Assembly (NCBI RefSeq): GCF_038433135.1
Contig: NZ_JBCDMV010000011.1
Location: 30,491-62,490, forward strand
Length of the DNA: 32,000 nt
DNA from: Luteococcus sp. H91
GTDB lineage: Bacteria; Actinomycetota; Actinomycetes; Propionibacteriales; Propionibacteriaceae
Reading direction: 5' to 3'
Shown here: piece by piece, positions 7,932-16,127 of the stretch
Layout of the letters: the number at the start of each line of letters is the position of its first letter
How positions within the stretch are numbered: position 1 is the first letter of the stretch
The notes under the pieces: model-generated
Told to the model about the DNA's origin: nothing
Database searches by the model: none
What the model saw: only the letters and a program-made list of their open reading frames with translations
Position numbers and translations under genes: made by a program

Positions 7932-8471
7932 ATGTCCATGAATGACTACGAGACCATCGTCGTCGGCACCGACGGCTCCGCGCTGGCCGAGCCGACGGTG
8001 GCCCGGGCCGCCTGGCTGGCCGCCCGGGAGGATTCCGACCTGATCATCGTCTGCGCCTGGTCCAGCATGTCCCGCCGGGCCGAGGCCAAGAATGTCAACG
8101 CCCTGGGCAATGACGCGTCCAGTCTGGGGCAGGTGCACGGCCGGCAGGCCGCCACCCAAGCCGTGCAGCAGGCCGTTCAGATCGCAAAGAGCCACAAGGC
8201 CCGGGTCAAGGCAGCCCTGTTGGTGGACGGCGAGCCCGGATCGGCGCTGATGCAGGTGGCCGGGCAGCACCAGGCCGACCTGATCGTCGTCGGCGCGATC
8301 CAGGACGTGTCGATCGCCGATCGGCTGCTGGGCACAGTGGCCACCGACGTGGTCAAGCGCGCCACCTGCGAGGTGCTGATCGTGCGGCCCGCCATGCCGG
8401 TCACCGAGCTGGAGGTGCCGGAGGACAACACCGACGCCCCGGCGGTCCCCGAGGAGGTCCCGCTGGGCTGA
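7932..8471 (+). CDS. Universal stress protein (UspA family)
   Basis: MSMNDYETIVVGTDGSALAEPTVARAAWLA...ADLIVVGAIQDVSIADRLLGTVATDVVKRATCEVLIV. The ATG lies 1 nt after the transporter stop. Confidence 0.8.
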   Translation: MSMNDYETIVVGTDGSALAEPTVARAAWLAAREDSDLIIVCAWSSMSRRAEAKNVNALGNDASSLGQVHGRQAATQAVQQAVQIAKSHKARVKAALLVDGEPGSALMQVAGQHQADLIVVGAIQDVSIADRLLGTVATDVVKRATCEVLIVRPAMPVTELEVPEDNTDAPAVPEEVPLG

Positions 8472-8533
8472 GGTGCCCGCCGGGCGCACCACCCGCACCC
8501 GCTGACCGAGCTGGCCAAGGCCCCACCTTGGGT

Positions 8534-8641
8534 GGGTCGCCCGTCCAATTCCGAAAAGTGACCGCCAGATTCACCCCGATCCGGCCGCCCCCGCGGCGCC
8601 CACGCAGCAGGGACCGATCTGGCGGTCGTTTCTCGGAATCC
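8534..8641 (-). repeat. Intergenic inverted-repeat element, copy B, in opposite orientation (long arm 8534-8572, short arm 8616-8641)
   Basis: GGGTCGCCCGTCCAATTCCGAAAAGTGACCGCCAGATTC ... 43 nt ... GATCTGGCGGTCGTTTCTCGGAATCC. The extended GGGTCG..GnCCAA flank is on the left here, whereas it is on the right in copies A, C and D. Confidence 0.85.
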
Positions 8642-8695
8642 GCCCCGTGAGTGCTCGTCGGACTACCCTGTGAGCGCCCACCGAAGGGAGCCACG

Positions 8696-8914
8696 ATGAG
8701 CAATGCCCGACTTCAGTACGCGGCCTTGGTCAGCATCCTGCAAGTGCTTGCGCTGGTGGGGATGGTGTGGATCCTGGCCAATCTGACGGGCCGAAGTGTG
8801 CGTGCGGCCGCGCTGGCAATCTGGCCCGCAGTGGCCGCCGGTGCCGTCGGCATCGCGATCACCGCCACCCGCACCTACCGGTCCGGCCCTCCCGGGGATT
8901 CGCCCCGGGACTAG
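8696..8914 (+). CDS. Small two-TM membrane protein (72 aa), function unknown
   Basis: MSNARLQYAALVSILQVLALVGMVWILANLTGRSVRAAALAIWPAVAAGAVGIAITATRTYRSG... A GAAGGGAG Shine-Dalgarno sequence lies 5 nt upstream of ATG 8696. Confidence 0.5.
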   Translation: MSNARLQYAALVSILQVLALVGMVWILANLTGRSVRAAALAIWPAVAAGAVGIAITATRTYRSGPPGDSPRD

Positions 8915-8945
8915 AGTCGTCTCACCGGCGTCCAGGGAGGTACGC

Positions 8946-9605
8946 GTGACCGAGTTCTTCGAGACCTTCAACAATGGCGCGCGCCATCTGCGCGAGGAGA
9001 AGGAATTCCAGAAGGTCAATGTGCTGCAGGCCAAGCGGGGTGGCCGCGGGCCGCAGCCGCTGGACCTCGAATCCGGCCGGATCGTGCTGGTGCGCCCCGG
9101 GGAACGGGTCGCCACCCGCGGGATCGAGGTGCGACGGGCCACCGCGGAGGATCATCGGGCCGCGGCCCGGGTGGCGGTGCACGCCTATCTGGACGGCGGG
9201 GAGCTGCGGCATGACGACCCCTACCTGGAGGTCTTGCGCGACTGCACCACCCGGGATCGCGACGGCGAACTGTGGGTGGCGCTGGACGGTGCTCGGGTGG
9301 TCGGCACCCTGACGTGGTGCCCGGCCGGCTCCCCGCTGCAGGAGGTGGCCGGCCCCGGCGAGGGTGAGTTCCGGGTGCTCGGGGTGGACCCGACCGCCCA
9401 GGGCAGTGGCGTCGGACGGCTGCTGGTGCAGGCCGCGATCGACCGGGCCCGAGCCGACGGCCTGAGTGCGATCGTGTTGTCGTCGTCCGAGTGGATGACC
9501 ACCGCACACGCGCTCTACCGCTCGTTGGGTTTCGTCCGCACGCCCGAGCGCGACTGGTCGCCCCGCGAGGACGTGCACCTGCTCACCTACCGCCTGGAGC
9601 TGTGA
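8946..9605 (+). CDS. GNAT family N-acetyltransferase with an N-terminal extension of about 60 aa
   Basis: GTG 8946 is preceded by GGGAGG with a 5-nt spacer. The C-terminal part, ...FRVLGVDPTAQGSGVGRLLVQAAIDRARADGLSAIVLSSSEWMTTAHALYRSLGF, carries the acetyl-CoA binding Q/R-x-x-G-x-G motif. Confidence 0.75.
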   Translation: MTEFFETFNNGARHLREEKEFQKVNVLQAKRGGRGPQPLDLESGRIVLVRPGERVATRGIEVRRATAEDHRAAARVAVHAYLDGGELRHDDPYLEVLRDCTTRDRDGELWVALDGARVVGTLTWCPAGSPLQEVAGPGEGEFRVLGVDPTAQGSGVGRLLVQAAIDRARADGLSAIVLSSSEWMTTAHALYRSLGFVRTPERDWSPREDVHLLTYRLEL

Positions 9606-9825
9606 TTCGCCGCTGAGGGACCTCACAGGCTGCACTCCCATTGGGCTCGGCCGCCGTGGTCAGCTCCCTGCCCCACGAACCCACCCACGGTCCCCGAGCC
9701 TGTCGAGGGGTGCTGCGAGCGCGAGGAACGAGCGTGAGCAGCCCGCCCAGGCAGCGCGAGGAACGAGCGCGAACGCCTGGGCGGAACAGAAGGAACGGAG
9801 CGGAGCGACTCCCGAAAAGAGGGAA

Positions 9826-9855
9826 CCCGGCCACCCACCAAAGTGGATGGCCGGG
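9826..9855. terminator. Strong stem-loop in a convergent intergenic region
   Basis: CCCGGCCACCCAC caaa GTGGATGGCCGGG, with 12 of 13 bp paired. Confidence 0.45.
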
Positions 9856-9896
9856 CTCGCTCAAGCCAGACTCGGGGCGCAGCCCCGATGGGGGTC

Positions 9897-9917
9897 CACG
9901 GGGGCGAAGCCCCCGTG
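9897..9917 (-). terminator. ptsI terminator hairpin
   Basis: CACGGGGGC gaa GCCCCCGTG, a perfect 9-bp stem 2 nt from the ptsI stop codon (9920-9922). A second small hairpin, CGGGGC gca GCCCCG, sits at 9873-9887. Confidence 0.55.
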
Positions 9918-9919
9918 TG

Positions 9920-11578
9920 TCAGCTCAGGGCCGCGCGGGCGATCTCGCGGGCTTCCTGGGTGTTGTTGGCAGCCAGGACCGCGTCGGCGGCGGCCTTGCA
10001 CTGCTCGGGGGTGACCTTGGCCAGCTGGGCCCCGACGGCCGGGATGGCGGCGACGGCCATGCTGAGCGAGGTGACGCCCAGGCCCACCAGGACGCAGGCC
10101 AGGTAGGGATCGGCGGCGGCCTCGCCACAGACACCGACGGGCTTGCCGAGCTTCTGGCCGGCCGCGGCGGTCAGGCCGATCATGGCCAGCACGGCGGGCT
10201 GCCACGGATCGGTCAGCTTGGCGAGCTTGGGGCTCATCCGGTCGGCGGCCATCGTGTACTGGGTGAGGTCATTGGTGCCGATGCTCATGAACTCGACGTG
10301 CTCCAGGAACTTCTCGGCCTGGACGGCGACGGCGGGAACCTCCACCATGATGCCGGGCTTGAGGCCCCGCTCACGGCAGAGCGCGGCAAAGTCCTTGGCC
10401 TCGTCGATGGTGGCGATCATCGGCGCCATCACCCAGGTGGGCTTGCCGTCGCTGGCGGCCTTGACGGCATCCAGCTGGTTGGTGAGGATGGCGGGCTGGT
10501 TCTCGGCGATGCGCACGCCGCGCACGCCCATGGCCGGGTTCTCCTCCTCGTCGAAGTTGGCGAACTTCAGCGGCTTGTCGGAGCCCGCGTCCAGGGTGCG
10601 AACGACGACCTTCTTGCCGGGGAAGGCGCCGATCACGGAGCGGTAGATCTTGGCCTGCTCCTCGATGCTCGGCTCGTTCTCCGCGCTCAGGAAGCACAGC
10701 TCGGTGCGGAACAGGCCGATGCCCTGCGCCTCGCTGGCGGCGGCGCGGCCGGCGCCGGCGCCGTCCTGCACATTGGCCAGCACGTCAACCGGGGTGCCAT
10801 CGGCCAGCTGGGCGGGTCCGCGCCAGCTGCGGATCGCCTCACGACGATCAAAATCGGCCTTGACCAGCCCTTCGGCCTCGCCGGTGTCGACGCCGGTCTT
10901 GATGGAGCCGGCGGCGCCGTCGATCAGCAGCTGGGTGCCAGCAGCGATGTGCTGCAGGCCCTCGACGGCCACGATGCACGGAATGCCCAGCTGGCGGCTG
11001 ATGATGGCGGTGTGACTGGTGGGGCCACCAAGCTCGGTGACCAGGCCGATCACCAAGGTCGGATCCAAGCCAGCGGTGTCGGCGGGGGCCAAATCATCGG
11101 CCAGCAGGATGGAGGGCTGCTCGGGGGTGGGGACGCCAGGCTCCGGCTTGCCCAGCACCTCGGCGATCACCCGGTCACGGATGTCCTTCAGGTCGGTGGT
11201 GCGCTCGGCCATCAGGCCACCGATCTTCTCGAACATGGTGACGAACTCGTCGGTGGTGCGGGCGATGGCCAGGTGGCTGGGCATGCCGGTCTTGATCCGC
11301 TTGATGATCGCCTTGTGCCAGCCCTTGTCACTGGCCATGGAGGCATTGGCCTCCAGCACATTGGCGGCCACGCCGGTGGCATGGGAGGCACGCTGGGAGA
11401 GACGGCTGCTGACGGCGGCGGCAGCGGCCTGGAACCTGGCCACCTCCGCGTCGCGGCCGTTTTCGGGGATGTTCGGGCTGTGCTCGGGGAGCTGGGGCCG
11501 TGGGGCCGTCCAGATGGCGGGGGCGTAGGCGACCCCGGGGACGACGCCGGTGCCACGGAGTTCGGATGCACTGTTCAT
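9920..11578 (-). CDS. ptsI: Phosphoenolpyruvate-protein phosphotransferase (PTS enzyme I)
   Basis: MNSASELRGTGVVPGVAYAP...GGPTSHTAIISRQLGIPCIV (active-site His region)...FMSIGTNDLTQY...CGEAAADP. Start is ATG 11578 with GGAAGG 10 nt upstream. The longer track ORF (to 11671) adds a non-homologous leader. Confidence 0.93.
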   Translation of the reverse strand: MNSASELRGTGVVPGVAYAPAIWTAPRPQLPEHSPNIPENGRDAEVARFQAAAAAVSSRLSQRASHATGVAANVLEANASMASDKGWHKAIIKRIKTGMPSHLAIARTTDEFVTMFEKIGGLMAERTTDLKDIRDRVIAEVLGKPEPGVPTPEQPSILLADDLAPADTAGLDPTLVIGLVTELGGPTSHTAIISRQLGIPCIVAVEGLQHIAAGTQLLIDGAAGSIKTGVDTGEAEGLVKADFDRREAIRSWRGPAQLADGTPVDVLANVQDGAGAGRAAASEAQGIGLFRTELCFLSAENEPSIEEQAKIYRSVIGAFPGKKVVVRTLDAGSDKPLKFANFDEEENPAMGVRGVRIAENQPAILTNQLDAVKAASDGKPTWVMAPMIATIDEAKDFAALCRERGLKPGIMVEVPAVAVQAEKFLEHVEFMSIGTNDLTQYTMAADRMSPKLAKLTDPWQPAVLAMIGLTAAAGQKLGKPVGVCGEAAADPYLACVLVGLGVTSLSMAVAAIPAVGAQLAKVTPEQCKAAADAVLAANNTQEAREIARAALS

Positions 11579-11850
11579 GTGGGAAAACCCTTCCAAGTCT
11601 CGCCGACGGCTTCGGCCGAGCTCGGCCGACAGCATCGAGAACCATCTGCTTCCACGCAGGTGTGGCAACACACTAGACCAAGCCTCCGACGCTTTTCAGG
11701 GGTCTGGACGAAATCAGCCGCGGGAGAAAGTTCCCCAGGAAGTTTCGCCTCACCTCTTGTGCATTCCCACACATAGCCATAGTCTTCAAACATAATCAGA
11801 CACAAACCAATGTTGAATTGGGTCTGGTTGCGCCAAAGGAGGACGCACGC
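11579..11850. promoter_or_regulatory. Divergent ptsI / fruR-operon control region
   Basis: 272-bp intergenic region whose fruR-proximal part is the lowest-GC stretch of the window. It contains the palindrome GGCCGAGCTCGGCC (11614-11627), the inverted repeat GAAAGTTCC cca GGAAGTTTC (11726-11746), and direct heptamers TCAAACA (11786-11792) and TCAGACA (11796-11802) 10 bp apart. Confidence 0.5.
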
Positions 11851-12618
11851 ATGTATGCCGAGGAGCGACGACAGCTGATCGTCCAGCTCGCCCGCAGCCA
11901 GGGCCGCGTGCAGGTCAGTGCCGTCGCGGACCAGTTCAATGTCACCCCGGAGACCATCCGTCGCGACCTCGAGGTGCTGGACCGCCAGGGCGTTCTGCAT
12001 CGGGTGCACGGCGGGGCGATGCCCTCGGAATTCCTGCCGCTGGGTGACCTGGCCGTCGTCGACCGGGAGAACAGTGCGGCCGAGCAGAAGGAACGGATCG
12101 CGCTGGCGGCCCTGCGGCTGCTGCCCAACCAGCCCTACAGCTCCATCCTGATCGACGCCGGCACCACCACCAGCCGCCTGGCCGCGGCGATCCCCACCAG
12201 CACCAAGATGACGATCTTCACCAATTCACTGCCAATCGCGGCCACCCTGAGCTCCCGCACCAGCGCCGATGTCCAGCTGCTGGGCGGGCACGTCCGCGGC
12301 GTGACCCAGGCCTGCGTCGGCGGCAACACCGTCGCCTGGCTGAGCAAGCTGCGGGTGGACGTCTGCTTCCTGGGGACCAACGGGATCTCCGCCGGCCACG
12401 GCCTCTCGACACCGGACAGCGAGGAGGCCATCGTCAAGGAACAGATGGTCCGCTGCGGGCGTCGCGTCGTGGTCCTGGCCGACAGCCGCAAATTCGGCGC
12501 CGAAACCGCCACCAGCTTTGCCACCATGGATGACATCGACGTGGTCGTCACGGATGCCGTCACCGATCTGCAGCGTCGCAGCTGCACCGAACGAGGAATT
12601 GAGGTCGTCGTCGCATGA
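11851..12618 (+). CDS. fruR: DeoR-family transcriptional repressor of the fructose operon
   Basis: MYAEERRQLIVQLARSQGRVQVSAVADQFNVTPETIRRDLEVLDRQGVLHRVHGGA is an N-terminal DeoR HTH, followed by a C-terminal sugar-phosphate sensor domain. AAAGGAGG lies 7 nt upstream of ATG 11851. Confidence 0.85.
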   Translation: MYAEERRQLIVQLARSQGRVQVSAVADQFNVTPETIRRDLEVLDRQGVLHRVHGGAMPSEFLPLGDLAVVDRENSAAEQKERIALAALRLLPNQPYSSILIDAGTTTSRLAAAIPTSTKMTIFTNSLPIAATLSSRTSADVQLLGGHVRGVTQACVGGNTVAWLSKLRVDVCFLGTNGISAGHGLSTPDSEEAIVKEQMVRCGRRVVVLADSRKFGAETATSFATMDDIDVVVTDAVTDLQRRSCTERGIEVVVA

Positions 12619-13589
12619 TCATCACCTTCACCGCCAATCCCAGCCTGGACCGCACCGCCCGGGTTGAGGGCACCGTGACCCGGGGCGGAGTGAACCGGCT
12701 GGGGCCGGCCACCAGCGAACCCGGCGGCAAGGGCGTCAATGTCGCCCGCGCCATCCAACTGGCCGGCCAGCCGGTCATCACCGTGCTGCCCGCCGACGAC
12801 AAGGATCCGCTGCTCGCCGGGCTGGATGCCCTGGGCGTCGCCTACCGCAATGTGCCGACCGGCCGCCCGGTGCGCTCCAACCTGACCCTGGTGGAGGCCG
12901 ACGGCACAACCAGCAAGTTCAACGAGCCCGGCCCGACGCTGGACGAGGAATTGCTGGTCACCCTGCGCAACACCGTGGTGGGCGCTGCCCGGCAGAGCAA
13001 TGGTTCGGTGGCCAGCTGGGCCGTCCTGGCCGGATCGCTGCCGCCCGGCGCCCCCACCAACTCCTACGTCCACCTGATCAACCAGCTGCACGAGCTTGGC
13101 GTGCGGGTGGCCGTCGACACCTCCGACGCCCCGCTGCAGGCCCTGGCCGCGGTGCTGCCGAAGACCGCCCCCGACCTGGTCAAGCCAAATTCGGAGGAGC
13201 TGGGGCAGCTGTGCGGGATCGACGGGCTGGCGCTGGAGGACGAGGCTGCCAAGGGCAACTGGGCGCCGGTATTGGAGGCCGCCCGCAGCCTGACCGCGCA
13301 GGGGATCGGCTCCGTGCTGGTGACCCTCGGCGGCTCCGGCGCCCTGCTGGTCACCGCCGACGGCGCCTGGCATGCCACCCCCCCGGCCATCACCGTCGCC
13401 TCCACCGTGGGCGCCGGCGACTCCTCGCTGGCCGGCTACCTGCTGGCCGACGTCGAGGGCCTGGACGCCCCGGAGCGACTGCGTCGGGCCGTCGCCTATG
13501 GCTCGGGCGCCGCCGCGCTGCCCGGCTCCCAACTCCCCCACCCCGATCAGACGCTGCCCGACCAGGTCACCGTCACGCCCGTGGGCTGA
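12615..13589 (+). CDS. fruK: 1-phosphofructokinase (PfkB family)
   Basis: MIITFTANPSLDRTARVEG...GGKGVNVARA...GAGDSSLAGYL. ATGA overlap with the fruR stop. Confidence 0.88.
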   Translation: MIITFTANPSLDRTARVEGTVTRGGVNRLGPATSEPGGKGVNVARAIQLAGQPVITVLPADDKDPLLAGLDALGVAYRNVPTGRPVRSNLTLVEADGTTSKFNEPGPTLDEELLVTLRNTVVGAARQSNGSVASWAVLAGSLPPGAPTNSYVHLINQLHELGVRVAVDTSDAPLQALAAVLPKTAPDLVKPNSEELGQLCGIDGLALEDEAAKGNWAPVLEAARSLTAQGIGSVLVTLGGSGALLVTADGAWHATPPAITVASTVGAGDSSLAGYLLADVEGLDAPERLRRAVAYGSGAAALPGSQLPHPDQTLPDQVTVTPVG

Positions 13590-13664
13590 GCCCAAACCCA
13601 CCGCACAGCACCCGCAGTATTAACACCCCAGAGCCCACGGGCTCACCCATCTGGAAGGTTCCAC

Positions 13665-15755
13665 ATGTCCACACCATCACTGATCGAGCCGGGCCTGGTT
13701 GCCCTGGACACCGATCTTGGCCGCACCAAGGACGAGGTGATCCGCGGCCTGGCCGGCATCGTCGCCGCCACCGGGCGCGCCGAGGCCGACGGCCTGGCCG
13801 CCGATGCCCTGGCCCGCGAGGCCAAGTCCCCCACCGGGATGCCCGGTGGCTTTGCCATCCCGCACTGCCGCTCCGCCGCGGTGAACACCGCCTCACTGGG
13901 CTTCGCCCGGCTGAGCACTCCGGTCGACTTCGGTGACAAGGGCGGCCCGGCCGACCTGGTCTTCCTGATCGCCGCCGCCGAATCCGGTGGCGCGGACCAC
14001 ATGAAGCTGCTCACCAAGCTCGCCCGCGCGCTGGTGAAGAAGGATTTCCTGACCGCGCTGCGCGAGGCTCGAACGGCCGACGAGATCGTCACCCTGGTCA
14101 GGGGCGTGGTGGAGCCCGACGGCATGGACGCCGCCGCTGCCCCCGTCGCCGCCGCGGCCGCCGGTTCCACGGCTGCCGTCGCCAGCACCGAGGTCGGCAA
14201 GCCGTCGATCATCGCGATCACCGCCTGCCCCACCGGCATCGCGCACACCTACATGGCCGCCGACTACCTCACCGGCGCCGGCGAGGAGATGGGCGTCGAG
14301 ATCGTCACCGAGCCGCAGGGTTCGACGGCAACCGATCCGGTGAGCGCGGATCAGATCAAGGCCGCCACCGCCGTGATCTTCGCCACCGACGTCGGCGTCA
14401 AGGGCCGGGAGCGCTTCGCCGGGCTGCCGGTGATCGAGTCCGGCGTGAAGCGCGCGATCAACGAGCCGAAGAAGATGATCGAGGAAGCCCTGGCGGCCGC
14501 CAAGGATCCCAATGCTCCCCGGGTGAAGGGGGATGCCGCCGCGGCGGCCGCCGGTGCCGGTGGTGCCCGGAGCCAGCTGGGCTGGGGCAAGCGGATCCAG
14601 CAGGCCCTGATGACTGGTGTGTCCTACATGGTGCCCTTCGTCGCGGCCGGCGGTCTGCTGATTGCCCTGGGCTTCCTGCTGGGCGGCTACCAGATCCCCT
14701 TCGTCGGGGATCACATCCTGGGCAACTACTCGATCACCAACCTGCCCAGCTACACCGAGGTGGCCAATGCCACCAAGGACGGCGCGGCCCTGTTCACCCC
14801 GGACAAGGTGAACAGCCTGCCGCACAACGGAATCCTGCTCTACCTGGGCGCGATGCTGTGGAAGCTGGGCGCCCTGGCCTTCGGCTTCCTGCTGCCCGCC
14901 CTGGCCGGCTACATCGCCTTCGCGATGGCCGACCGCCCCGGCATCGTCCCCGGCTTCGTCGCCGGTGCCGTGGCCGGCGCCACCGACGCGGGCTTCCTGG
15001 GTGCCCTGGTCGGCGGCCTGATCGCCGGTGCCGTGGCCGCCTGGATCGGTGGCTGGAAGGTGCCCCGCTGGCTGCGCGGCCTGATGCCCGTCGTGATCAT
15101 CCCGCTGTTCGCCAGCCTGGTTGCCGGCGGCCTGATGTACCTCGTGCTGGCCAAGCCGATCTCCGCGCTGATGCGGATGATGACCAATGGCCTCAACGGC
15201 ATGACGGGCGCCTCGATCGTCCTGCTGGGCGTGATCCTCGGCCTGATGATGTGCTTCGACCTGGGTGGCCCGGTCAACAAGACCGCCTACCTGTTCGCCA
15301 CCACCAACCTGACCGTCGCCGCCGTCGCCACGCCGTCGATGAAGATCATGGCCGCCGTGATGGCCGCCGGCATGGTGCCCCCGATCGCCCTGGCGATCGC
15401 CACCGCGCTGCGGCCCAAGCTGTTCACCAAGGTGGAACAGGAGAATGGCACCGCCTGCTGGCTGCTGGGCGCCTCCTTCATCAGCGAGGGTGCGATCCCC
15501 TTTGCCGCGGCCGATCCGCTGCGGATCATCCCGGCCACCATGGTCGGCGGTGCCATCACCGGCGGCCTGACCATGGCCCTGGGCGCGGCCTCCAAGGCCC
15601 CGCACGGCGGCTTCTTCGTCTTCTTCGCGATGGACAAGTTCTGGGCCTTCGTGCTCTCGATCCTGATCGGCTCGGTGGTTGCGGGCCTGCTGGTGATCGT
15701 GCTGAAGTCGATGAAGAAGAAGGAAGTTTCGGACCCGACTGCCGTCGCGGCCTGA
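13665..15755 (+). CDS. fruA: PTS fructose-specific enzyme IIABC
   Basis: 696 aa. IIA domain (GMPGGFAIPHCRS), Ala-rich linker, IIB domain (IIAITACPTGIAHTYMAA), then a multi-TM IIC domain. GGAAGG Shine-Dalgarno sequence upstream. Confidence 0.92.
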   Translation: MSTPSLIEPGLVALDTDLGRTKDEVIRGLAGIVAATGRAEADGLAADALAREAKSPTGMPGGFAIPHCRSAAVNTASLGFARLSTPVDFGDKGGPADLVFLIAAAESGGADHMKLLTKLARALVKKDFLTALREARTADEIVTLVRGVVEPDGMDAAAAPVAAAAAGSTAAVASTEVGKPSIIAITACPTGIAHTYMAADYLTGAGEEMGVEIVTEPQGSTATDPVSADQIKAATAVIFATDVGVKGRERFAGLPVIESGVKRAINEPKKMIEEALAAAKDPNAPRVKGDAAAAAAGAGGARSQLGWGKRIQQALMTGVSYMVPFVAAGGLLIALGFLLGGYQIPFVGDHILGNYSITNLPSYTEVANATKDGAALFTPDKVNSLPHNGILLYLGAMLWKLGALAFGFLLPALAGYIAFAMADRPGIVPGFVAGAVAGATDAGFLGALVGGLIAGAVAAWIGGWKVPRWLRGLMPVVIIPLFASLVAGGLMYLVLAKPISALMRMMTNGLNGMTGASIVLLGVILGLMMCFDLGGPVNKTAYLFATTNLTVAAVATPSMKIMAAVMAAGMVPPIALAIATALRPKLFTKVEQENGTACWLLGASFISEGAIPFAAADPLRIIPATMVGGAITGGLTMALGAASKAPHGGFFVFFAMDKFWAFVLSILIGSVVAGLLVIVLKSMKKKEVSDPTAVAA

Positions 15756-15797
15756 GATCAGTCACAATTGACCCACTCACTGTTGAAAGGAACCACC

Positions 15798-16058
15798 ATG
15801 GCTAGCAAGACCGTTACCGTCGGCTCCAGCGTCGGCCTGCACGCCCGCCCCGCCGCCATCATCGCCGAGGCCGCCGGCGAGTACGACGACGAGATCACCC
15901 TGTCGGTCGATGGCGAGGAGGGCGTCGACGCCAGCTCCCCGCTGCTGATCATGACCCTTGGTGCCGAGAAGGGTGCCCAGGTCACCGTCGAGAGCGACGA
16001 CGAGGCTGCCGTCGAGGCCATCGCCGCGCTGGTCGAGAAGGACCTCGACGCCGAGTGA
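15798..16058 (+). CDS. ptsH: Phosphocarrier protein HPr
   Basis: MASKTVTVGSSVGLHARPAAIIAEAAG..., with the GLHARP His-15 motif; 86 aa. GAAAGGAA Shine-Dalgarno sequence upstream of ATG 15798. Confidence 0.9.
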   Translation: MASKTVTVGSSVGLHARPAAIIAEAAGEYDDEITLSVDGEEGVDASSPLLIMTLGAEKGAQVTVESDDEAAVEAIAALVEKDLDAE

Positions 16059-16093
16059 GCATCCCCGCCTCCCGTCGCCGACGGGAAGCATGA

Positions 16094-16127
16094 AGAGGGC
16101 CGGACACCAATGTGTCCGGCCCTCTTT
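16094..16127 (+). terminator. Intrinsic terminator of the fru-ptsH operon
   Basis: AGAGGGCCGGACAC caat GTGTCCGGCCCTCT is a perfect 14-bp stem followed by TT. Confidence 0.75.

Noticed and set aside
8696-9605. Small protein plus GNAT as a GNAT-type toxin-antitoxin pair
   Set aside because: The small upstream protein is a hydrophobic 2-TM peptide, not an RHH or HTH antitoxin. The genes are 31 nt apart without coupling, and the GNAT resembles ordinary acetyltransferases.
9717-9769. Direct repeats considered as a possible CRISPR array
   Set aside because: There are only two 17-nt copies with a 19-nt gap, no further regular repeat-spacer periodicity and no cas genes. A structured RNA or 3' UTR explains them better.
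9641-11776. 711-aa plus-strand ORF
   Set aside because: It is antisense to ptsI and has a low-complexity Gly/Ala/Asp/Leu/Arg composition with no recognisable motif. The minus strand encodes an unmistakable enzyme I. This is a typical GC-rich shadow ORF.
13893-15605. 570-aa minus-strand ORF
   Set aside because: It is antisense to the fruA IIABC gene and is Gly/Arg/Asp/His-rich low complexity, a shadow ORF.
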